Shown: positions 19,574 through 31,077, numbered from the stretch's first letter. The stretch: 64,000 nt of DNA from an uncultured Gemmatimonadaceae bacterium (GCA_963781585.1 CAWAGQ010000011.1:32001-96000), one strand, 5' to 3'. The notes: generated from the sequence alone by a model not told the origin. A program made the numbers and translations.

Positions 19574-20768
19574 ACACCAGCCGGCGGGTGTGCCTGGCGA
19601 GGACGAGATCCTCGTTCGTTTGCATCACCCTGACGGCGACCGGGCTCGTGTCGGACGAGATGACGGCGCCGTGTGTGGCGTTTCGACTGGCGTCGATGGA
19701 GATCCCGAATCCACCCAGACCGTCGGTGATCCGGTCGCGAATGACGGGGCGGTGTTCACCGATCCCTCCGGTGAACACCAGCGTGTCAAGACCGCCGAGC
19801 GTGACGAGCAGAGAACCAAGCGCCTTCTTCGCCAGATAGCAGAACAGGGCGACGGCCGCGGCGGCGCGCGGATCGGTCGCCTCGTGCGCCAGCAGGTCGT
19901 GCATGTCGGCGGTCGTGCCCGAGACGCCCAGCAAACCCGCTTCGGCGTTCACCAGGCGATTCAGTGCCGATGCGCTTATCCGCTTCCGGCGGAGCGCGTA
20001 GAGCAGGACACCAGGGTCCAGATCACCGGTGCGCGTTCCCATCATCAGCCCGCCGGCCGGGGAGAAGCCCATCGTTGTCTCCACGCTCCGGCCGCGATGC
20101 ACCGCCGTCATGCTGGCGCCGTTGCCGAGATGCGCGATGACCAGGCGGCTGTCGGCCGCGTGTGGATCGATCGCGCGCAGCGCCGACACGATGTACTCGC
20201 ACGACAGGCCATGGAATCCGTAGCGCCGCACGCCGGCCTCCTGGAAGCGCGACGGCAGGGGGTACATCCGCGCGACCGACGGCAGCGTGCGATGGAACGC
20301 CGTGTCGAAGCACGCCACCTGCGCGACCTGCCGATAACTGCGGCCGATGGTGCGGATGGCGAGGAGGGTCTGCGGCAGGTGGTCGGGATCGACCGCGACG
20401 AGCCGGCGCAGCTCGCGCACGACATCGGACGTGATGCGCTGTGGTTCGGTGTAGTCGCCACCGTGCACCACGCGATGGGCGACCGCGTGCACGGGGTGCA
20501 GATCGGGCTCCTGGCGCACCCAGTCGAGCACGGCCTGGAGGGCCGCGGCGTGATCGACGCTGGCGAGGTCGCGATCGTTGCCGAGGGCTCCGGATCCGTC
20601 TGTGGTGCGGAGCCGGGCATTCGGTGTGCCGATGCGATCGACCTGAGCGGCCGCGAGCGGTTCGTCCGCACCGCGGGCAGCGAAGACCGCCGCCTTGAGG
20701 CTGGAGGACCCCGCGTTGAGGGTAAGAATGCGCTGCGCGCGACTCGTCGCCGACGTGGCCATTCCCAC
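19548..20768 (-). CDS. ackA: Acetate/propionate kinase
   Basis: LNAGSSSLK, HRVVHGG, FDTAFH, RRYGFHGLS, HLGNGAS, FTGGIGE, TNED. Confidence 0.95.
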   Translation of the reverse strand: MGMATSATSRAQRILTLNAGSSSLKAAVFAARGADEPLAAAQVDRIGTPNARLRTTDGSGALGNDRDLASVDHAAALQAVLDWVRQEPDLHPVHAVAHRVVHGGDYTEPQRITSDVVRELRRLVAVDPDHLPQTLLAIRTIGRSYRQVAQVACFDTAFHRTLPSVARMYPLPSRFQEAGVRRYGFHGLSCEYIVSALRAIDPHAADSRLVIAHLGNGASMTAVHRGRSVETTMGFSPAGGLMMGTRTGDLDPGVLLYALRRKRISASALNRLVNAEAGLLGVSGTTADMHDLLAHEATDPRAAAAVALFCYLAKKALGSLLVTLGGLDTLVFTGGIGEHRPVIRDRITDGLGGFGISIDASRNATHGAVISSDTSPVAVRVMQTNEDLVLARHTRRLVFSGDPGST

Positions 20769-20882
20769 ACATAATCAGGACCGGAAGAGCTACGCCAGAG
20801 CCAACGGGCGCGGCGTATGCAGCGGCGGCGGCGGCCGCGCTACGTCCCGTGCAACAGGGCCTGCTGCTCGCGGAGGGTCAAC

Positions 20883-21482
20883 TCAGACAAACGAGGTCCC
20901 GGCCTCGAAGCTCGTGCGCACCGAGGCCAACGCGACACCGGTGGCCAGCTGATAGTGCGGCAGGTCGACGAACGACTTCCAATCACCGCCCCACTCGATG
21001 CCCGGCACCTTCCCGACGGCCGCTGCCTGTGCGTACAACGGAGAGTTGCCCAGGTATTTCCCGATGTCGAAGATGCCGATGTCCCAGGCGATGCCGAAGT
21101 TGTGGTTGCTGAACCCGCCGCGGGCGTTGGTCACGATGGGGGCGGTGTTGCCGAATCGCCCTTTCCGGTACAGGGCATTCTGCTCGGCGTAGGTCCGCGT
21201 TCCGGACAGAATGCGGGCGGGGATGCCCGCCGCCAGCACCCGCCTCATGAAGGCGCGTGCCTGGCGCTGCGCCGAAGGCTGAAGGGTGCGGAGATGTCGC
21301 TCTGTCGTGCTGTCGAATTCCCCGAGCTGCGCGGCGATGGCGGCCGACACCGCCTCGAACTGGTTGACAGCGGCATCGGTCTTGGCTTCCCAGATGCCGT
21401 CGATGCGTCCGTCGTAGAAGCCCGAGCACTTCAGGAAGCGCTGCAGGAAGGTCACGTCTTCCGCGAACAGCTGCACACTCAT
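20883..21482 (-). CDS. M15-family peptidoglycan peptidase (L-Ala-D-Glu peptidase-like) with N-terminal PG-binding domain
   Basis: LQRFL..GFY.G.IDGIW..KT..AV (PG-binding), RTYAEQNALY, SNHNFGIAWD, WGGDW..F.DLPHYQ. Confidence 0.9.
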   Translation of the reverse strand: MSVQLFAEDVTFLQRFLKCSGFYDGRIDGIWEAKTDAAVNQFEAVSAAIAAQLGEFDSTTERHLRTLQPSAQRQARAFMRRVLAAGIPARILSGTRTYAEQNALYRKGRFGNTAPIVTNARGGFSNHNFGIAWDIGIFDIGKYLGNSPLYAQAAAVGKVPGIEWGGDWKSFVDLPHYQLATGVALASVRTSFEAGTSFV

Positions 21483-22585
21483 GAGCCACCTCCACTGCCT
21501 AACGGTTTGTCGAGCAGCTTTCCGACGATCGCGCGGGTCTGCCGGGCGGCTCCCACCACCTGATCGGCCTTCAGTACCCGCAGCAGGTCCACGGTGAGCA
21601 GGAGCGATTTCCGGCGCACGCCGGCGGCGTCGCGCCGCCAGAGCAGGCCGGCGGTCCCGAGCGTCGTGACCCGCACCAGCGGCCCGCGGCCGATGCGGCC
21701 ATCAGCGTCGTACGCCAGCACCCACGACGCACCGAGGTGGTGCTTCCAGCCGCTGAACCACACGGTGAAGCCGCCCGTCTCGATCGACAGCGACTGCTTC
21801 TCCCCGATCCGGTTGTCCCGGCGGGCCACCTCGACGCCGGCGAACGGATGCAGGACCACCAGATCGACTCGCGACGGATGGAATCGAGCCTCGCCCGTCC
21901 GCGCGGTCCAGCCGCGGAGGAGGCGGTTCAGGACCAGCTCGTGCATCAGCTGCCCGGGACCGTTTGCCCGATAGCGTTCCCATTCCCGCGCCAGCTCGCT
22001 GATCTCCGCCAGCGCCCCTGGCACCGTCTCGAAATTGACACCGCCTAACAAGCGACTCACCGAGCGGCCGGCCCAGCAGAGGCCTTCGGCCTCGTCCCGC
22101 TCGAGCGAGTCCGACACGACCAGCCCCAGCGGTCGGGTCGTCGCATCGACCTGGAGAATGCGCCAGGCGCCGTTCATGTCCTGAAAGGGCTCGAACTGCA
22201 GATACTCGTGCTGGTGCAGCGCCGTGGCGCGGGCCGCGAGACTCACCTGCAGCACGCCGGGCAACCGATCGAGCACCTGGCCGAGTGCATCCTGGAACGT
22301 GTGGTCGAGCGCCGTGAACTGCGGTGTCGGTCGGCGGCGTTCGAGACTGTCGAAGGTCGTGGCGATATCGCGCTGGAGCGAGCGGAGCACGTCCATCCAC
22401 TGCCTGGCCGCAATGGTCTCGCCATAGCGGGCCTCGACCCGTGCGGGATGCAGCAGGACCGCCGACGAGGCAGCGCGTGGCGGTCCGGTGTTGCACGCCA
22501 CATCCACCTGCGCAAATGCGCTGCTCGATGCGCCGAGGAACAGCAGGACACCCGCACCGGCACGTCGCGCCGCCCGGGCCATCAT
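21479..22585 (-). CDS. Exported hypothetical protein with beta-strand-rich C-terminal half
   Basis: Signal peptide ending SAFA-Q. ATGA overlaps at both ends. Confidence 0.7.
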   Translation of the reverse strand: MMARAARRAGAGVLLFLGASSSAFAQVDVACNTGPPRAASSAVLLHPARVEARYGETIAARQWMDVLRSLQRDIATTFDSLERRRPTPQFTALDHTFQDALGQVLDRLPGVLQVSLAARATALHQHEYLQFEPFQDMNGAWRILQVDATTRPLGLVVSDSLERDEAEGLCWAGRSVSRLLGGVNFETVPGALAEISELAREWERYRANGPGQLMHELVLNRLLRGWTARTGEARFHPSRVDLVVLHPFAGVEVARRDNRIGEKQSLSIETGGFTVWFSGWKHHLGASWVLAYDADGRIGRGPLVRVTTLGTAGLLWRRDAAGVRRKSLLLTVDLLRVLKADQVVGAARQTRAIVGKLLDKPLGSGGGS

Positions 22586-23694
22586 CGGCCGAAGCACGCG
22601 GTGCGTGCCTTCTCGAACGCCTTGAACACGTCAACCATCGCCACCGCAAACTCCACCGGGCCGATGGCATCGCCGCGCCCGTCCCACGCGTCCCTCAGCC
22701 GGTCTGCGTCCTTGCGCAACGCCACCAGCGCCTCTGGACACGGGTCCCCCTTCGCCCTGGCGAAATCCCGCAACGCCTTCTTCTCCGTCGCCGTGTCGAT
22801 GGTGATCCCGCACGCGGCGCGCAGAATGGGAATGTGAACCTGCGGGTGCTTCAGATACGGAACCAGGCCGTGCACGTCGACGAACTTGAGCTGCTCGAGC
22901 TCGACGTCGCGGTAGAACGCCATCGCCGGGTCCCACGATGGACGGAACATGCCGATGTGCGCCACCGGGTCGGCCACGTGATGCGCGTTCAGGAACTGCC
23001 GCACGAACGCCGGTACGCGCGCGTCTCCGGGCGCGCCGATGGGACGCACCGCCGACCCATGCGGGTTCGCGACACTCTGCAGCACCTTGCTGACGTTCGA
23101 GATCGACGCGTACAGCTGAATGTCCATGTTCGCGAAGCCACCGAACTGCTCGGGAGCCGTGAGCAGCTCGGCAAGCGTGTCGTGCAGGACGGAGGTACCC
23201 AGCGAATGGCAGATGAAGCTGCATGGCGGCAACGAACCCGCGCCGTCCGACACCAGCGCCTGCGCAATCTGCTCGCGCAGGTGAGCGCGGATGTCCCGGT
23301 CGAAGAACAGGCGATAGAACAGCACATCCACCGGGCCGTTCCAGAAGAAGGGCGCATCGGTCTTCGAGATGCCGGCGAGCTGGCTGACCCGGCCCGGACC
23401 GAGCTGGGGGAATCGCTTGTCAAACGCTGCGGCCACATTCTTCGATCCGAACTCATCCCACGCGATGAGCTCACGGATGATGATCTCGCAGTAGGACAGG
23501 GGCACGATCCGAACGCCATCGGGCCCGGGTTTGAGCGAGACATCCGCATTCGGGTCGTACTGCCGAGCCAGCGTGCTCAGCAGATCGACCACCGCTTTGG
23601 ACCACGCGGCCGCCGCGGCGGCGGGCTTGTCCGTCGCGTCGTCCGGGGCCCGCTGTCCCACTCCGTGGAGCAGGAAGAGAATACGTCGCGCCAT
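22582..23694 (-). CDS. Alpha/beta-hydrolase-fold (lipase-like) protein
   Basis: LLHGVG oxyanion motif, nucleophile elbow CHSLG, candidate Asp (ADPV) and His (VHGL..YL.HP). No signal peptide. Confidence 0.72.
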   Translation of the reverse strand: MARRILFLLHGVGQRAPDDATDKPAAAAAAWSKAVVDLLSTLARQYDPNADVSLKPGPDGVRIVPLSYCEIIIRELIAWDEFGSKNVAAAFDKRFPQLGPGRVSQLAGISKTDAPFFWNGPVDVLFYRLFFDRDIRAHLREQIAQALVSDGAGSLPPCSFICHSLGTSVLHDTLAELLTAPEQFGGFANMDIQLYASISNVSKVLQSVANPHGSAVRPIGAPGDARVPAFVRQFLNAHHVADPVAHIGMFRPSWDPAMAFYRDVELEQLKFVDVHGLVPYLKHPQVHIPILRAACGITIDTATEKKALRDFARAKGDPCPEALVALRKDADRLRDAWDGRGDAIGPVEFAVAMVDVFKAFEKARTACFGR

Positions 23695-23875
23695 GAATAC
23701 CGTCGTTCAGGTGGGCCGCATACGCTAGCGCGGCCGCGTCGGCGGCGCCAACATCGTATGAGAGTTTCCGATACATGCGGTAACCCGTCGGCTCTCGAAG
23801 TGGCCACTCGCGAGCCGGTGAAACCACGCTGACAACCAGGTCGTAGAGCGCTCAGGCACAACCCCGGGGCGCTCC

Positions 23876-26369
23876 ATGCAGGTGCTTCAGCCGCTTCGCC
23901 ACGCCTGGAGATCGCTCCAGCGCACGCCGGCATTCACGCTCACCGCCACCACCACGCTCCTGATCGGCATCGGGGCGGCCGTCGCGACGTTCGCCGTGGT
24001 GAACGGGGTGCTGCTTCGGCCGCTTCCGTACGGCCATCCGGATCGCCTGGTGGGTGCGTGGCACGATCTCGCGCCCCTTGGGCTGAAGCACGTCCAGCAG
24101 ACGTCCGCCACCTACTTCACTTACCAGAAGCTCGCCCGCACCATCGAGGGCATCGGCGTCTACCAGGAGGGCGCGGTGAACGTGGCGCCTCCCGGCGACG
24201 CGTCGCAGCCTCAACGGCTCAGAGCCTCCTGGGTCTCGGCGACGGTGATGTCGGTTCTCGAGGCGCCGCCTGCCAGGGGGCGCGGATTCACGGCGGCGGA
24301 GGACCTTCCGAACGGGCCCGACGTCGTGATCATCAGCGACGCGCTGTGGCACAACGCGTTCGGCGGCGCTCCGCACATTGTGGGCCGCACCATGGACGTG
24401 AACGGGACCACGCGGGAAATCGTGGGCGTGATGCCGCCGACGTTCCGTTTTCCTGCCGCCGAGACGCAGCTGTGGCTTCCGCTGGGTCTTGATCCGGCCA
24501 GTCCGTTCCCCGGCGGGTTCAACTACAACGGCATTGCGCGCCTGAAGCCCGGTGTCACGGTGGCCGCGGCGCAGCGTGATTTCACCGCCGTGCTCCCGCG
24601 GATCGTCGAGCTGTCGCCGAACCTGGCGCCCGGTGTCTCGACCCAGATGCTGCTCGATCAGGCCAAGCCGACTCCGCTGCTGGTGCCGTTTCGACAGGAC
24701 ATCGTGGGCGAGTTCTCGGGGACCCTCTGGACGGTGGCGGCGGCGGCCGGGCTGGTGCTCCTGGTCGCCTGCTTCAATGTCGCGAATCTCATTCTGGTTC
24801 GTGCCGACAGTCGCCAGCGCGAGCTCGCGGTTCGTGAGGCGTTAGGCGCCGGGCGGCTGCGCGTGCTGGCGCACTTCCTGGCCGAGTCGGTCGTGCTGGC
24901 GACGGTGGCCGGTGCTGACGGGCCTGGCGGTGGCCTGGGTGGCGGTGCGGCTGCTGGTAGCGCGCGGCGCGGACGCAGGGCAGGGGGTGTCGATCCCCCG
25001 ACTCGCGGAGCTGGGGATTGACGCCAGGGCGGTGCTGTTCACGCTGGCGCTGGTGGTGCTGGTGGCTGCGGTATGCAGCGTGATCCCGGCGCTCCGCATC
25101 GACCGGGGGCAGCTGGCGACCGCGTTGCGCGAGGGGGGACGCACCGGCACCGCGAGTCGTCTGCAGCACCGCATCCGCGGCGGGCTGGTGGCCGGACAGA
25201 TCGCGCTGGCCCTGGTGGTGCTGTCGGGATCGGGTCTTCTCCTGCGGACGTTCCAGCGCCTGCACGACGTGCATCTGGGGTTCGACCCGGAGCACGTTGC
25301 CACGTTCTGGCTGTCGCTGCCGCGGGCGCGCTACGCGTCCGACACGGCGATCGTCCATTTCTTCTCGGAACTCCGTGCGCGCGTCACGTCATTGCCGGGA
25401 GTCCGCGCAGCGGGACTGTCGTCGCGGCTTCCGCTGCAGGGAAACGGGATGAACCAGAATCCCTTCTACGCTGAGGGCGACGTCTCGGCGGCGTCGAAGA
25501 TTCCGCCGTTGCAGATCTACACCACGGTGGATGACGCGTACTTCCACGCGATGGGGATTCCCTTGCTGGCGGGCCGCGGGTTCGACCGCGCCGATCTCCA
25601 GCGCCCGGACGAAGCGATCGTCAGCCAGCGCACCGCCGAGCAGTTCTGGAAGGACCCCACCGGCCGCGCCGCGTTAGGCAGGCGGTTCCGCGAGCTGCCG
25701 GGCGGGCACTGGCATACGGTGATCGGCGTGGTCGCCAATGCGCGCGACACGGCCATCGCTGCGCTCCCGTCACAGGTCGTGTACTTTCCGGAAGTCATCG
25801 ATCCGGACACCACGTTCAGCCAGACGTACCGCGCGATGGCCCTGGTGGTGCGCACCACGGGCGATCCGATGGCGGTCACCGGGCCGGTACAGCGGCTGGT
25901 GCGGGAGCTCGATCCCACCCTGCCCACGTTCGACATCCGGCCCATGACCGCGGTGGTGAGTGCCTCGGTAGCCCGCCTGTCGTTCATCATGCTCATTCTG
26001 GGCGCCGCCGCGGGGGTGACCCTGCTGCTGGGCGCCGTGGGGCTGTATGGGGTGATGGCGTACCTGGTCACGCTCCGCACCCGCGAACTGGGCGTGCGGA
26101 TCGCGCTGGGTGCGCAGCCGGATGCGGTGGCGACGATGCTCACGCGACAGGGGATGTGGCTGTCGGCGATCGGCATCGGCGGCGGCCTGGCGCTGTTCGT
26201 GGGCGTCGCCCGATTCCTGCGGTCGTTCCTCTACGGGGTGACGCCAACGGACCCGGTCACGCTCGGCGCGGCGTCGCTGATGCTGATGGCGATCGCGGCC
26301 CTGGCCAGCTGGATTCCGGCGCGGCGCGCATCGCGGGTGGACCCCGCGCACACGCTTCGGACGGAGTAA
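23876..26369 (+). CDS. ADOP-type duplicated ABC permease (MacB/FtsX x2), frameshift near 24915
   Basis: LIGIGA..ATFAVVNGVLLRPLPY, ACFNVANL..R..RE.AVR.ALGA in 23876-25021. It continues in 24912-26369 with GLYGVMAY.V..RTRELGVR.ALGA and PARRASRVDP. Confidence 0.88.
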
Positions 26370-26531
26370 GGCTCGCAGTTCTGACGCGGACCCAGCCCGA
26401 CTTCACGCGTCGATTGTCCGCGGGCGCGGGGAGAGGCCCGGCGTGCAGCCAGCCCCGCGGCCGCCGCCGTCGTACGCGGAGCGGGCCTTCCGTCGCTGGA
26501 CAATCGTGACGCCCGCCGCGTGATTGCGCCC

Positions 26532-27473
26532 ATGACTTCCTCAGCCGCCGCTCGCCCCGTCATCGAGGTCAGCGGCTGCCGCAAGACCTACGGCACGCTG
26601 GTCGCGGTCGACGACGTGTCCTTCACGGTGCACGACGGGGAGATCTTCGGCCTGATCGGGCCGAACGGCGCCGGCAAGACGACGACCATGGAATGCGTCG
26701 AAGGGCTCCGCGCCCCCGACCGCGGCGCCATCTCGGTGCTGGGCCTCGATCCGTTCCGCGACGCCTAGCGCGCTGCAGGAGCGGATCGGCGTGCAACTCC
26801 AGCAGGCGCAGCTGCAGAAGCGCATCACGGTGCGCGAGGCCGTGCACCTCTGGGCCGCGCTCTACCGGCGCAAGCCGGCCGACGGCGAGCGGCTGCTCGA
26901 GCAGCTCGGCCTCGCGGAGAAGCGGCACGCCTGGTTCATGACGCTCTCCGGCGGCCAGAAGCAGCGGCTGTTCATCGCGCTCGCGCTGATCAACGACCCG
27001 GAGGTCGTGTTCCTCGACGAACTCACCACCGGGCTCGACCCGCAGGCGCGCCGCGCGATCTGGGAGCTGGTGCGCGGGATCCGCGCCCGCGGCAAGACGG
27101 TCTTCCTGACGACCCACCTGATGGAAGAGGCCGAGCGGCTGTGCGACCGGGTGGCCATCATCGAGCGCGGGCGCATCATCGACATCGACACGCCGGCGCG
27201 GCTGGTGCGCCGCCACTGCCCGGAGCGCAGCGTGGTGCTCGCGACCGGCGACGCCCGGGCCGCCGAGCGCTTCGCGCCGATCGCCGGCGTGACCGGGGTG
27301 GTGCGGCGACGGCGAGCCGCCATCACCATCCGCGGCCGCGGCGACGACCTGGTGACCGAGGTGATCCAGTGCCTCTCCGAGCACCGGATCCGCGTCACCG
27401 ACTTCCGCACCGTGCATCCCGACGCTCGAGGACGTCTTCCTCCGGCTGACCGGGCCACTCCATCCGCGACTAG
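26532..27473 (+). CDS. ABC-2 transporter ATP-binding protein (frameshifted)
   Basis: GPNGAGKTT in 26520-26768. LSGGQKQR, FLDELTTGLDP and TTHLMEEAE in 26791-27618. Indels near 26765 and 27420. Confidence 0.85.
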
Positions 27474-27482
27474 GCCGGCCGC

Positions 27483-28241
27483 ATGCTGCGGGGACTCTGG
27501 CGACTCACCTGGCTCGAGATCCGGATCTTCGTCCGCGAGCCGCTGGGCGTCATCGGTACGGTGGGGGTGCCGGTCGTCGTCTTCCTGCTGCTGGGCCGGG
27601 TGGCCGGCCGCGACCTGACGCGAGCCGGCGAGCCGGACGTGCGCGGCTTCGTGCAGGTGGGACTCCCGGTCCTGGCGGCGGTGCTCATCACCATCAGCGC
27701 CGTACTGTCGCTGGTGACGATCATCTCGATCTACCGCGAGGGCGGGATCCTCAAGCGGCTGCGCGCCACGCCGCTGCCGCCCGCAGACGATCCTCACCGC
27801 CCACGTGCTGGTGAAGCTGCTGTTCACGGCGATCACCCTGGCCGTCATGGTGCTGGCCGGGAGACGCTACTATCCGGTGGGCGTCGCACGCGCCGCGTGC
27901 TCGCCTTCACCATGGCGCTGCTGATCAGCACGGTGAGCATCATGTCGCTCGGCTTCCTCATCGCCAGCGTGGTGCCCACCGCGCGATTCGCGCAGCCGAT
28001 CGGGGCGGCCATCCTCTATCCGATGGTCGGGCTGTCGGGCCTGTTCGTTCCTGTTGACGCAGCTGCCGCGGGCGCTGCAGGGCGTGGCGCGCGTCGCTGC
28101 CGCTCACCTACGCCGTGTCGCTGCTGGAGGGGATCTGGCGCGGGGGAACCTGGTCCGCGCATCTGGGCGACGTCGGCGGCGCTGGTGGCGACGTTCATCG
28201 TCTTCACCGCGATTTCGGCGCGGGTGTTCCGGTGGGAATGA
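27483..28241 (+). CDS. ABC-2 transporter permease (compensating frameshifts)
   Basis: REP.G, YREGGILKRLRATP, LSGLFVP, terminal FRWE. Garbled internal segments are explained by indels. Confidence 0.8.
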   Translation: MLRGLWRLTWLEIRIFVREPLGVIGTVGVPVVVFLLLGRVAGRDLTRAGEPDVRGFVQVGLPVLAAVLITISAVLSLVTIISIYREGGILKRLRATPLPPADDPHRPRAGEAAVHGDHPGRHGAGRETLLSGGRRTRRVLAFTMALLISTVSIMSLGFLIASVVPTARFAQPIGAAILYPMVGLSGLFVPVDAAAAGAAGRGARRCRSPTPCRCWRGSGAGEPGPRIWATSAALVATFIVFTAISARVFRWE

Positions 28242-28253
28242 GCGTGCGTCCGG

Positions 28254-28949
28254 TCAATCTTCCTTCCATGGATTGGTGGCGAACACGGCGAGTTCCGGCC
28301 AGAGTGCCCGCCGGGGCATCTCGAGGGCCGCCATGATCGTCGCGGCGATATCGTCCGCGAACAGCTTGTTCGGATTGTTCCGGCCGGTGCGGCCGCCGAA
28401 CTCGGTCTGGACCTCGGACGGACAGACGCACACGACGCGAATGCTGTGCGGGCGCAGCTCTGCCTGCCAGCACTGACTGATCCCGCGCACCGCCCACTTG
28501 CTGCCACCGTACGCGGTCGCGCCGGGACCGCCCTTCATGCCGGACGTGGACGCGATGTTGATGATGTCGCCCTCCCCCTGCGCCTTCATCATCGGTACGA
28601 CGCGGTTGGTGATGTCGGTGAGGCCGAAGACATTGACGGCGAACATCGCGCGCATCGCGTCGAGGTCGAGCGCCCCGATCTCCCCGCGGTACGCGTACGC
28701 GGCGTTGTTCACGAGCACGTCGACGCCGCCCATGCGTTCGCGGCACGTGTCCACCGTTCGCGCGTTGTCCTCGCCGCTCGCGACGTCGGCCGTGAGGCCG
28801 TGTGCACCGGTCGCGGCCGCGACGCGCCCGATGCGCTGTACGTCGCGTCCGGTGAACACCACCTGGTGTCCGGCCGCGCGTGCGCGTTGAACCACGGCCG
28901 CGCCGATGCCCTGGCTGCCGCCGGTGACGAGAAAGCGACGGGTCTGCAT
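28254..28949 (-). CDS. SDR family oxidoreductase
   Basis: TGGSQGIG, LVNNA, NIASTSG, YGGSK (YxxxK). Confidence 0.93.
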   Translation of the reverse strand: MQTRRFLVTGGSQGIGAAVVQRARAAGHQVVFTGRDVQRIGRVAAATGAHGLTADVASGEDNARTVDTCRERMGGVDVLVNNAAYAYRGEIGALDLDAMRAMFAVNVFGLTDITNRVVPMMKAQGEGDIINIASTSGMKGGPGATAYGGSKWAVRGISQCWQAELRPHSIRVVCVCPSEVQTEFGGRTGRNNPNKLFADDIAATIMAALEMPRRALWPELAVFATNPWKED

Positions 28950-29083
28950 GATCGAAGGGGTTGTGGTGTCGGTCGCGAGGAGGCGAGCGTGGAGACATAC
29001 CTTACTCCGCACGCCGCGCGGACGCGAGCGCGCGCATCCTGACGACCTCTGGACGCACGACTGACGGCGATTCACTCTCTCTC

Positions 29084-30788
29084 ATGCCCACGCGCCGCGA
29101 ATTCGTCGCACAGGCCGCGCTGTCGGCCGTCGGGTTGACGCTGCCGGCGCCCCTCGTGATGCAGCCGGTGGTCCGGCACACCAGGGTCGCGTCGCCGCCT
29201 GGCAGCTTTCTCAATCTGATCCGTTCCCCCGACGCGGTCATGGTACAGACCGGGACCGACTACCTGCCGCTGGCACGCGAAGGCGATGGCCAGTGGTCGA
29301 AGAGCGGGATCGGCGTGACGACGACCGGGCAAAGTGGCGCACTCCAGGTCGTGCTGCGCGCGCCTCACGAGTCGATCAAGCGACTGCATCTGCGGTGGCG
29401 CGGGGCGCTGGACGGGGTGCGTCTTCTGCTCGGCGACGCCTGGGAGCGAGGCTACGGTGATCTCGAATGGCGGGGCTGGGTGCCCGACCGTGTGATGCCG
29501 TGGTACGTGGCGACGTACGATGGATCGCTCACGCATGGGTACGGGGTTCGCACCGGCGCGCGGGCGTTGTGCTACTGGCAGGTCGACCAGCAGGGGATCA
29601 GCCTCTGGACGGACGTGCGGAGCGGCGGCGTCGGCGTCGATCTCGGCGAGCGCGGGCTCGCGGTCTGCGACGTGGTCTGCCGTGCGGGGCGCGAAGGAGA
29701 ATCCGCGTTCGCCGCCGTTCACGCATTCTGCGCTCAGATGTGCGCCAGTCCCCGGCTGCCGGCGCACCCTGTCTATGGAAGCAATGACTGGTACTGGGCC
29801 TACGGGAAGAACAGCGCCGAGTCGGTCATGACCGATGCGCGCCTTATCGTGGAACTGTCGCCGGCGGGCGAGAACCGGCCGTTCGTCGTGATCGACGATG
29901 GCTGGCAACCGGTACGCGGCGCGGACAAGGCGGATCAGGGACGGTGGGATCGCGGCAACGAGAAGTTCCCGGACATGCCCGGGCTGGCTGCCGGGATTCG
30001 TCGTGCCGGCGCGCGCCCCGGCATCTGGATCCGTCCGCTTCAGGCGGCCTCCGACGCGCCCGATTCGTGGCGTCTGCCGCGTGACCGTGGGGTCCTCGAT
30101 CCCACCGTGGCCGGGGTGCGGCAGAAGGTCGCCGATGACATCGCACGGCTCCGGGAGTGGGGGTTCGAGCTGATCAAGCACGACTACACGACGTTCGACA
30201 TCTTCGGCCGGTGGGGTTTTCAGATGGGCGCGGCGCTCACGCGCGACGGGTGGAGGGTTCGCGTCAGGCAGCGATCGCACCACCGCCGAGGTGATCGACG
30301 AGCTGTACGGCTCCATTCGCGGGTCGGCGGGGGAGAGTCTGGTCATCGGCTGCAACACGGTGAGTCATCTCTCGGCGGGGCATTTCGAGATCTGCCGCGT
30401 GGGCGACGACACCAGCGGCACCGATTGGGCGCGGACGCGCAAGATGGGGGTCAACTCGCTTGCGTTCCGCGGACCGCAGCACGGCGCCTTCTACGTGGCC
30501 GATGCCGACTGCGTGGGCGTCACCAGTGCACTGCCGTGGTCGCTCAATCGGCAGTGGCTCGATCTGCTGGCGCGGAGCGGGACCATGCTGTTCGTGTCGC
30601 TCGCTCCCGATGCGTTAGGCACGGAGCAGCGGCGTGACCTGAAGGACGCGCTGGCGCTGGCGGCGATGCCGCACCCGCTCGGCGAGCCGCTCGGCTGGCT
30701 GGGGTCGGTGTACCCGTCGCGGTGGCGGGTGGTGGGCGGCGAGCGGAGGTACGACTGGGTGGGGGCGGATGGGGCGGGGCCGCCGTGA
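29084..30788 (+). CDS. Tat-exported clan GH-D (GH36-like alpha-galactosidase) glycoside hydrolase, frameshift near 30260
   Basis: TRREFV signal, GSNDWY, IDDGW, IKHDY (nucleophile). The second part (30291-30788) has IGCN and RVGDD. Confidence 0.75.
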
Positions 30789-31077
30789 GCGAGTGGATAT
30801 GTCCGTCCACGCACTGACGCCGGCGCAAGCCCCTCATCGGCTCTGGAGAACCGGCTAGCAGTTGCCGCGGTTCCTGGCTGGCGATGCGATGAGACTGCGT
30901 GCCGGCACGGTTGAGGTGAGTTTCCTGCGCTGCTGTGGCGGCGCGCCGCCGAATTTGATGCGTTGGAGTAGAGGCCCGCGCGTGATATGTTGGAGCGGGC
31001 AAACTCTGTACGCCGTGCCCGCAACTCGCCAGGGACAGGCGACATGACGTGCTCGTGACGCGCGAGACGTAGTTACC

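Noticed and set aside
22324..23832. 502-aa plus-strand ORF
   Set aside because: Antisense to the coupled hydrolase cassette, and Arg-rich with no motifs.
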